DNA of 64,000 bases from Nitrospirota bacterium (GTDB taxonomy: Bacteria; Nitrospirota; UBA9217): positions 896,001-960,000 of the forward strand of contig CAVVUN010000015.1 in the NCBI GenBank assembly GCA_963751455.1, in the 5' to 3' direction. Of the stretch, positions 57,644 to 64,000 are shown piece by piece. The notes beneath the pieces were generated by a model, which saw only the letters and a list, made by a program, of their open reading frames with translations, searched no databases and had not been told where the DNA came from. The position numbers and the translations under genes are program-made. How positions within the stretch are numbered: the first letter of the stretch is position 1; each line of letters opens with the position of its first letter.

Positions 57644-58813
57644 ATGAGCAGCGACACTCTTACTGCGACTCCGCCCGCAGCGCCGAAAGTAAAAAAGTCC
57701 GTCGCCCTCTCGGGCGTCATAGCGGGAAACTCCGCGGTCTGTACCGTGGGCCGGACCGGGAACGATCTTCATTATCGGGGCTATGACATCGTGGAGCTTG
57801 CAAAACAGTCCACGTTCGAGGAAGTTTCCTATCTTCTGATCCATGGCGAATTGCCGACAATATCGGCTCTCAAGGACTATAAAAAGAAATTGAAAAATCT
57901 GCGCGGCCTGCCTGCCCAGGTGAAGACCGTGCTCGAACTTATCCCCGCATCGGCCCATCCGATGGACGTGCTGCGCACCGGCTGCTCGATACTCGGCAAT
58001 GTGCTGCCTGAGAAGGAAGACCAGAACATCCCGGCAGCCAAGGACATAATGGACCGCCTGATCTCCTCCTTCGGGTCCATGCTGCTCTACTGGTGGCACT
58101 TCAGCCAGAACGGACGCAGGATCGAGGTCGAAACCGACGACGATACCGTTGCCGGACATTTTCTGCACCTGCTGCACGGCAGGAAGCCGTCGCCGCTTCA
58201 TGAAAAAGCTCTCGATCAGTCCCTGATCCTTTACGCGGAACACGAGTTCACCGCATCGACGTTTACCGCCCGCGTGATTGCCGGCACACTGTCGGATGCC
58301 TACTCGGCAATCGGCGGAGCAATCGGCGCGCTGCGCGGGCCGAAGCACGGCGGCGCTAACGAAGCTGCCCACGAAATCCAGAGACGCTACGGCTCACCAG
58401 ACGAGGCTGAAGCGGACATCATGGCGCGGGTGGCAAGAAAAGAGATCATCATCGGGTTTGGACATCCGGTATACACCGTGAGCGATCCCAGGAACCAGAC
58501 CATCAAGTCAATCGCAAGGGGCCTTTGCGAAGACGGCGACAATATGAATCTCTTTAATGTTGCCGACCGTATCGAAGCGGTCATGAAGCGGGAAAAGAAC
58601 ATGTTCTCCAATCTCGACTGGTATTCCTCCGTGACCTACCATATGCTCGGCGTGCCGACCTCCCTGTTCACGCCCATCTTCGTGATCTCGCGAACCACGG
58701 GATGGGGCGCGCATGTGATCGAGCAGCGGCTGGATAACAAGATCATCCGGCCGTCGGCCAACTACACCGGTCCGGAAGACCGGAAATATGTGCCGATGAA
58801 GGAAAGGAAGTAA
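57644..58813 (+). CDS. prpC: 2-methylcitrate synthase
   Basis: [38 protein letters not shown]. Confidence 0.96.
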   Translation: MSSDTLTATPPAAPKVKKSVALSGVIAGNSAVCTVGRTGNDLHYRGYDIVELAKQSTFEEVSYLLIHGELPTISALKDYKKKLKNLRGLPAQVKTVLELIPASAHPMDVLRTGCSILGNVLPEKEDQNIPAAKDIMDRLISSFGSMLLYWWHFSQNGRRIEVETDDDTVAGHFLHLLHGRKPSPLHEKALDQSLILYAEHEFTASTFTARVIAGTLSDAYSAIGGAIGALRGPKHGGANEAAHEIQRRYGSPDEAEADIMARVARKEIIIGFGHPVYTVSDPRNQTIKSIARGLCEDGDNMNLFNVADRIEAVMKREKNMFSNLDWYSSVTYHMLGVPTSLFTPIFVISRTTGWGAHVIEQRLDNKIIRPSANYTGPEDRKYVPMKERK

Positions 58814-58816
58814 AAA

Positions 58817-58888
58817 GAGAAGGATGAAGTAAGAAGGAAGAAGTAAGAAGGTAGAGGGACGAAATACGAAATATGCTACATCTCATAC
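58817..58888. repeat. 7-nt-periodic purine-rich repeat
   Basis: gaagga-tgaagta-agaagga-agaagta-agaagg; complementary arm degraded. Confidence 0.5.
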
Positions 58889-58915
58889 TATAATTAGAAA
58901 CCGAAAGGTGAACAC

Positions 58916-60367
58916 ATGAGCTCTCACATCTCCAATGTCCGGCCTGACCCTGATAAGGTGCTGGTCGACATCGCCAACTACGTTTCCGACTACGAGATCA
59001 AATCCTCTGAGGCGTTCGAGACCTCCCGGTACTGCCTGATCGATACACTGGGCTGCGGGCTCGAAGCGCTTGCCTATCCCGCCTGCACGAAGCTCCTCGG
59101 GCCGATCGTCCCGGGAACCGTCGTGCCTCATGGCGCAAAGGTGCCGGGCACGCAATTTCAGCTCGACCCTGTTCAGGCGGCCTTTAATATCGGCGCCATG
59201 GTCCGCTGGCTCGATTTCAACGACACTTGGCTTGCCGCCGAATGGGGACACCCCTCCGACAACCTGGGCGGCATTCTTGCCACCGCAGATTGGATGTCCC
59301 GCACCAGGCTTGCTGCAGGTAAAGGACCGCTTGCAATGAAGACGGTGCTCGAGGCCATGATAAAGGCCCACGAGATACAGGGCGTTATTGCACTAGAGAA
59401 CGCCTTCAACCGCGTCGGTCTCGATCACGTAGTCCTGGTCAAGGTCGCCTCCGCTGCGGTATGCGCCCGGCTGATGGACGGCACCAGAGAAGAGATCATT
59501 AACGCGGTGTCACAGGCTTTTGTCGACGGCCAATCGCTTCGCACGTACCGTCATGCGCCGAACACCGGCTCGCGGAAATCCTGGGCTGCAGGAGACGCTA
59601 CAAGCCGCGCTGTTCGCCTGGCCCTCTTTTCTCTGAAAGGCGAGATGGGTATCCCGGGCGTGCTTACCGCCAAGGGGTGGGGTTTTTATGACGCGCTTTT
59701 CAGGGGGAATGAATTCAAATTCCAGCGTCCCTACGGATCGTATGTCATGGAGCAGGTGCTCTTCAAGATCTCGTTCCCGGCTGAATTCCATTCCCAGACC
59801 GCAGTCGAATGCGCAATGACGCTGCATAACACTTTGAAGGCAAAAGGCAAGACAACCGATGATATCAAAAGGATATCCATCCGGACCCACGAGGCTGCGA
59901 TACGGATCATCGACAAGAAAGGGCCTCTCAATAACCCGGCGGACCGTGACCACTGCATTCAATACATGGTCGCCGTGCCGCTCATTTTTGGAAGGCTCAC
60001 TGCTGCAGACTACGAAGACAGCGTCGCTGCAGACCCGAGAATCGACGCGCTTCGTGATAAGATCCAATGCGTCGAAGACCCGCAATTTACAAAGGATTAC
60101 CATGACCCGGACAAGCGTTCCATTGCCAATGCCTTGACCGTGGAGTTGAAAGACGGGACGACGCTTCCCGAGATTGTTGTCGAGTATCCCATTGGTCACC
60201 GGCGCCGCAGAAAAGAAGGGATGCCGGTCCTGGTCGAGAAATTCAAGACGAACCTTGCGCGCAGGTTTCCGGCAAAGCAGCAAAAAGCGATCCTGGACGT
60301 CAGCCTCGACCAGAAGAAACTGGAAGCAACGCCGGTTAATGAGTACGTTGATCTTTTTGTGATTTAA
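58916..60367 (+). CDS. prpD: 2-methylcitrate dehydratase
   Basis: [42 protein letters not shown]. Confidence 0.97.
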   Translation: MSSHISNVRPDPDKVLVDIANYVSDYEIKSSEAFETSRYCLIDTLGCGLEALAYPACTKLLGPIVPGTVVPHGAKVPGTQFQLDPVQAAFNIGAMVRWLDFNDTWLAAEWGHPSDNLGGILATADWMSRTRLAAGKGPLAMKTVLEAMIKAHEIQGVIALENAFNRVGLDHVVLVKVASAAVCARLMDGTREEIINAVSQAFVDGQSLRTYRHAPNTGSRKSWAAGDATSRAVRLALFSLKGEMGIPGVLTAKGWGFYDALFRGNEFKFQRPYGSYVMEQVLFKISFPAEFHSQTAVECAMTLHNTLKAKGKTTDDIKRISIRTHEAAIRIIDKKGPLNNPADRDHCIQYMVAVPLIFGRLTAADYEDSVAADPRIDALRDKIQCVEDPQFTKDYHDPDKRSIANALTVELKDGTTLPEIVVEYPIGHRRRRKEGMPVLVEKFKTNLARRFPAKQQKAILDVSLDQKKLEATPVNEYVDLFVI

Positions 60368-60388
60368 CTGAAAGACCAAAAGCAATTT

Positions 60389-60468
60389 TCAAGCAAAGAC
60401 GCAAAGACGCCAAGAAACAAGTTAAACAAGAATTAAGACTTTCTTTGCGGCTCTGCGGCTTTGCGAGA
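60389..60468. repeat. 8-nt-periodic inverted repeat element
   Basis: gcaaagac-gcaaagac-gccaag ... ctttgcgg-ctctgcgg-ctttgcg. Confidence 0.75.
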
Positions 60469-60520
60469 GACAGCTTTGTTTGCTGTCTGTTTTCGCTATT
60501 TCTCACTTAAAAAAAAGAAT

Positions 60521-63217
60521 ATGAGCCATAACCTCTATAACACTCTCCGAGAATTCGATGCGGGAAACGGAAAAAAAGGGAAACTCTATTCCCTGCCCGA
60601 GCTCGAAAACGCGGGGATCGCAAAAATTTCCCGTCTTCCCGTTTCCATCCGCATCGTTCTTGAATCCGTGCTCCGCAATTACGACGGCAAAAAGATCACC
60701 GTGGAGCATGTAAAACAGCTTGCAGCCTGGTCTCCGCAGTGTGCGCGCACTCGGGAAATCCCCTTTGTTGTCGCACGAATCCTGCTCCAGGATTTTACCG
60801 GCGTGCCCCTCCTCTGCGACCTCGCTGCGATGCGCAACGCAGCTCTGCGAATGCGCAAAAATCCGGGCGTCATAGAACCGCTCGTTCCCGTGGACCTGGT
60901 CGTGGACCACTCGGTCCAGATCGACTCGTATGGAAACCCGGATGCGCTGCGGAAAAACATGGAGTTGGAATTTAAACGGAACCGCGAGCGGTATGAATTT
61001 CTGAAGTGGGGCATGAATACGTTTCATACCTTCAAGGTTGTGCCGCCCGGCATCGGTATCGTGCACCAGGTGAACCTTGAATATCTTGCCCGGGGAGTTC
61101 ATCAGAAAAACGGTCTCTATTATCCTGACACCCTCGTTGGCACAGACAGCCACACTACGATGATCAACGGTATTGGTGTTGTCGGCTGGGGCGTGGGAGG
61201 CATCGAAGCGGAGGCCGGCATGCTGGGCCAGCCGCTCTACTTCCTCACTCCGGATGTTGTCGGAGTCAACCTTACCGGGAAACTCCGAGAGGGGGTCACC
61301 GCGACCGACCTTGTACTGACTGTCACGGAACTGCTGCGCAAGAATAAGGTTGTGGGGGCATTTGTGGAGTTCTTCGGATCGGGCACCGAGTCGCTCAGCG
61401 TGCCGGACCGGGCCACAGTCGCTAATATGGCGCCTGAATACGGAGCAACCATGGGCTTTTTCCCGGTGGACGATGTCGCCATGGATTATTTCCGCGGCAG
61501 CGGCCGCACTCCTGATGAAATTGCCGCGTGCAAGGCGTACTATAAAACGCAGGCTCTGTATGGTATTCCCAAAGCAGGCCAGATCGATTATTCGCGAACG
61601 CTCGACCTCGACCTCTCAACGATCACGCCCTCTGTTGCCGGGCCGAAGCGGCCGCAGGACCGGATAGAGCTCCCGAGACTGAAGGACAGGTTTATTGAAT
61701 TATTAGTCAAGCCGGCAGCGGAAAACGGCTTTGCAAAAAAGGCAGCGGACCTTTTCGCACGCGTCAAGATAAAAGACGGCCTCGATGTCGGCTCCGGCGA
61801 TGTGATCATCGCTGCCATTACCTCCTGCACGAACACATCCAACCCCTCGGTTCTTTTAGCTGCCGGCCTGCTTGCGAAAAAGGCGGTGGAGAAAGGCCTG
61901 ACGGTCAATAAAAAAGTAAAAACGTCGCTTGCTCCCGGATCGCGCGTAGTAACCGAGTATCTGCAGAAAGCCGGGCTGCTGTCCTCCCTCGAGCAGCTCG
62001 GTTTTTGTGTTTCTGCCTATGGCTGTACGACCTGTATCGGGAATTCCGGTCCCCTGGATGAAGCAGTTGAGAATGCTATTGTTAAGAATGACCTTGTCTG
62101 CGCTTCGGTGCTTTCGGGCAACCGGAACTTCGAGGCCAGGATCCATCCGAACATCCGTGCCAACTTCCTGATGAGCCCGCCCCTCGTAGTTGCCTTTGCC
62201 ATTGCCGGCACCGTGCTCTGGAATCCGGAGAACGAGCCGGTTGGCATTGCAAAAGACGGAAGTAAAGTGTACTTGAGAGAGATCTGGCCGAGCAGCTCTG
62301 AAGTCGCTTCACTCATGAAATACGCCGCCGATCCCGGCACGTTCCAGCGTCTGTATTCCGATCTTGCTAAAGACCATGTGTTATGGAACAGCGTCTCCGC
62401 TGTTTCGGACGAAGTGTATCCGTGGCCGAAATCGACGTACATCGCGGAGCCGCCGTTTTTCAAGGACTTTGCAATGGAAACCCCGGCACCCGGAAATATT
62501 CTCGGCGCCAGGATACTCGGCATTTTCGGAGACTCACTCACTACCGACCACATCAGTCCTGCGGGTTCCATCAAGGAGTCTTCACCTGCCGGAAAATATC
62601 TGAACGGGAGCGGGGTAGCCAAAACAGACTTCCAGAGCTACGGCACCCGCAGGGGCAATCATGAAGTTATGATTCGCGGCACGTTTGGCAACGTTCGAAT
62701 CAGGAACCAGATGCTGCCTCCGCAGGAAGACGGCACACGCGTAGAGGGCGGAGTCACGCTGTTTCAACCCGTGCGCGAGCGAATGTCCATTTATGACGCA
62801 GCTATGAAATACATGGCGCAGGGCACGCCCACAATCGTCTTCGGCGGGGAGGAATACGGCACTGGATCATCCAGGGATTGGGCCGCGAAAGGGACGCTTC
62901 TCCTCGGAGTAAGGTCGGTTATCGCGAAAAGCTTTGAACGGATACATCGCTCGAACCTGGTCGGAATGGGGGTCTTGCCGCTGCAGTTCAAAGGCAATGA
63001 TTCAGTTCAGTCGCTCCGTATCGATGGCGATGAAGCCTTCGACGTACTGGGATTGCGCGAGCTCAAACCGCAGCAGGATGTGACCCTGGTTATCAAGCGC
63101 AGTGACGGCACAAGACAAGAGGTCCTGCTGCTGTCGCGCATCGACACGCCTATAGAAGTCGACTATTATCTACACGGCGGAATATTGCCGTATGTGCTGC
63201 GGGAGCTTTTGAAATAG
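60521..63217 (+). CDS. acnA: Aconitate hydratase A
   Basis: [49 protein letters not shown]. Confidence 0.95.
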   Translation: MSHNLYNTLREFDAGNGKKGKLYSLPELENAGIAKISRLPVSIRIVLESVLRNYDGKKITVEHVKQLAAWSPQCARTREIPFVVARILLQDFTGVPLLCDLAAMRNAALRMRKNPGVIEPLVPVDLVVDHSVQIDSYGNPDALRKNMELEFKRNRERYEFLKWGMNTFHTFKVVPPGIGIVHQVNLEYLARGVHQKNGLYYPDTLVGTDSHTTMINGIGVVGWGVGGIEAEAGMLGQPLYFLTPDVVGVNLTGKLREGVTATDLVLTVTELLRKNKVVGAFVEFFGSGTESLSVPDRATVANMAPEYGATMGFFPVDDVAMDYFRGSGRTPDEIAACKAYYKTQALYGIPKAGQIDYSRTLDLDLSTITPSVAGPKRPQDRIELPRLKDRFIELLVKPAAENGFAKKAADLFARVKIKDGLDVGSGDVIIAAITSCTNTSNPSVLLAAGLLAKKAVEKGLTVNKKVKTSLAPGSRVVTEYLQKAGLLSSLEQLGFCVSAYGCTTCIGNSGPLDEAVENAIVKNDLVCASVLSGNRNFEARIHPNIRANFLMSPPLVVAFAIAGTVLWNPENEPVGIAKDGSKVYLREIWPSSSEVASLMKYAADPGTFQRLYSDLAKDHVLWNSVSAVSDEVYPWPKSTYIAEPPFFKDFAMETPAPGNILGARILGIFGDSLTTDHISPAGSIKESSPAGKYLNGSGVAKTDFQSYGTRRGNHEVMIRGTFGNVRIRNQMLPPQEDGTRVEGGVTLFQPVRERMSIYDAAMKYMAQGTPTIVFGGEEYGTGSSRDWAAKGTLLLGVRSVIAKSFERIHRSNLVGMGVLPLQFKGNDSVQSLRIDGDEAFDVLGLRELKPQQDVTLVIKRSDGTRQEVLLLSRIDTPIEVDYYLHGGILPYVLRELLK

Positions 63218-63232
63218 GCGGCCAAGGCCGCT

Positions 63233-63330
63233 AATTTCAAAGTCAAATTTAAAATTGCAAATTGCAAAATGCAAATGTGCGGTATGGCCCCAGGCCATGA
63301 TCACTAATTTTAAATTTTGCACTTTGCAAT
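63233..63330. repeat. 7-nt-periodic (TTGCAAA) inverted repeat
   Basis: aattgca-aattgca-aaatgca-aatg ... ttttgca-ctttgcaat. Confidence 0.65.
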
Positions 63331-63351
63331 GCTAAAGGAAGTCAAAAGACA

Positions 63352-64000
63352 ATGCGATTCCTGAGTAACCCTATAGGAAGGAAACTGGTAATGGCGGCCT
63401 CCGGGTTTTCCATGATCGCCTTCGTGCTGGTGCATCCGCTCGGAAATGCTTCCCTCTATTACGGTCCTGACGGCATAAATGCCTACGCAAAGGCGCTTCA
63501 CAGCTTTCCTCCTGCTGTCTGGGCTTTCCGCATTGTCATGCTCGGTCTTTTTAGCCTGCATTTTTTCTATGGCACGCAGCTCAGCCTCGAGAACAGCGCT
63601 GCAAAGCCGGAGGCATATGCGGTAAAGAAAAGCATCAGTTCAACGTTTGCGTCACGGAACATGATCTGGACAGGGGTTGTAATAGCCTCATTCCTCATTT
63701 TTCATTTGTTGCACTTCACGTTTCAGGTCATTTATCCGGAGTTCTCCGCCGGCACCCGCGCGGACATACTCGGCCGTCCGGACGTATTCACCATGGTCAT
63801 CAAGAGCTTCGACCACGCGTCGATTGTCGCACTGTACATAGTCGGCGTTTTTGCGCTGGGGCTTCACCTGTTTCACGGCATCGAAAGCTCGATTCAGACG
63901 CTCGGCTTGAATAATGAACATACCCTGCCAATCGTTGTCAAGGCCGGGGTAACCGCGTCTGCCATTCTGTTCCTTGCATATGCGGCGATTCCGGTTGCGG
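63352..64000 (+). CDS. sdhC: Succinate dehydrogenase/fumarate reductase cytochrome b558 subunit (runs off the window; absent from the ORF track)
   Basis: Own translation: MRFLSNPIGRKLVMAASG..LVHPLGN..INAYA..LHFFYG..ASRNMIWTG..FHLLHF..LHLFHG. Confidence 0.9.
   Translation, partial: MRFLSNPIGRKLVMAASGFSMIAFVLVHPLGNASLYYGPDGINAYAKALHSFPPAVWAFRIVMLGLFSLHFFYGTQLSLENSAAKPEAYAVKKSISSTFASRNMIWTGVVIASFLIFHLLHFTFQVIYPEFSAGTRADILGRPDVFTMVIKSFDHASIVALYIVGVFALGLHLFHGIESSIQTLGLNNEHTLPIVVKAGVTASAILFLAYAAIPVA

Noticed and set aside
1-64000. CRISPR array, tRNA or rRNA genes
   Set aside because: No identical repeats separated by unique spacers, no cas genes and no recognisable structural RNA. The repeats present are short-period or dispersed.

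Overview
Chromosomal segment of an anaerobic or microaerobic Gram-negative bacterium; gene style suggests Nitrospirota or Desulfobacterota (inference only). From left to right it carries: the 3' end of aspS, then cdsA-dxr-rseP-ispG-proS; an orphan GspE/PilB ATPase; a CorC/hemolysin-family gene, mdh, a split class I fumarase and apt; a NamZ plus MurU-AmgK fusion peptidoglycan-recycling pair; a type II secretion cluster (gspC-like, gspC-N, with gspD frameshifted); a sensor kinase and radA; a multiheme cytochrome c between two toxin-antitoxin-like modules; aroF, a sigma54 activator and an RpoS-like sigma factor; a three-gene flavoprotein/Fe-S operon; a ThDP enzyme; and a sigma54-driven prpB-prpC-prpD-acnA-sdhC cluster running off the end. 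Highlights: (1) the cytochrome's two ORFs are in one frame separated by a single TGA followed by a SECIS-like hairpin, which points to a ~643-aa multiheme selenoprotein. (2) There is a dense, layered population of small repeat elements: a 164-bp MITE in three copies, each with its own 5-bp target duplication; stacked TGATG..CATCA MITEs; 7-10-nt-periodic inverted repeats at many gene junctions, one pair enclosing a decayed GxxExxY nuclease gene; and a 45-nt element inserted in frame into the cleavable leaders of minor pseudopilins. No rRNA, tRNA or CRISPR array was seen. All assignments come from motif recognition, not database searches.
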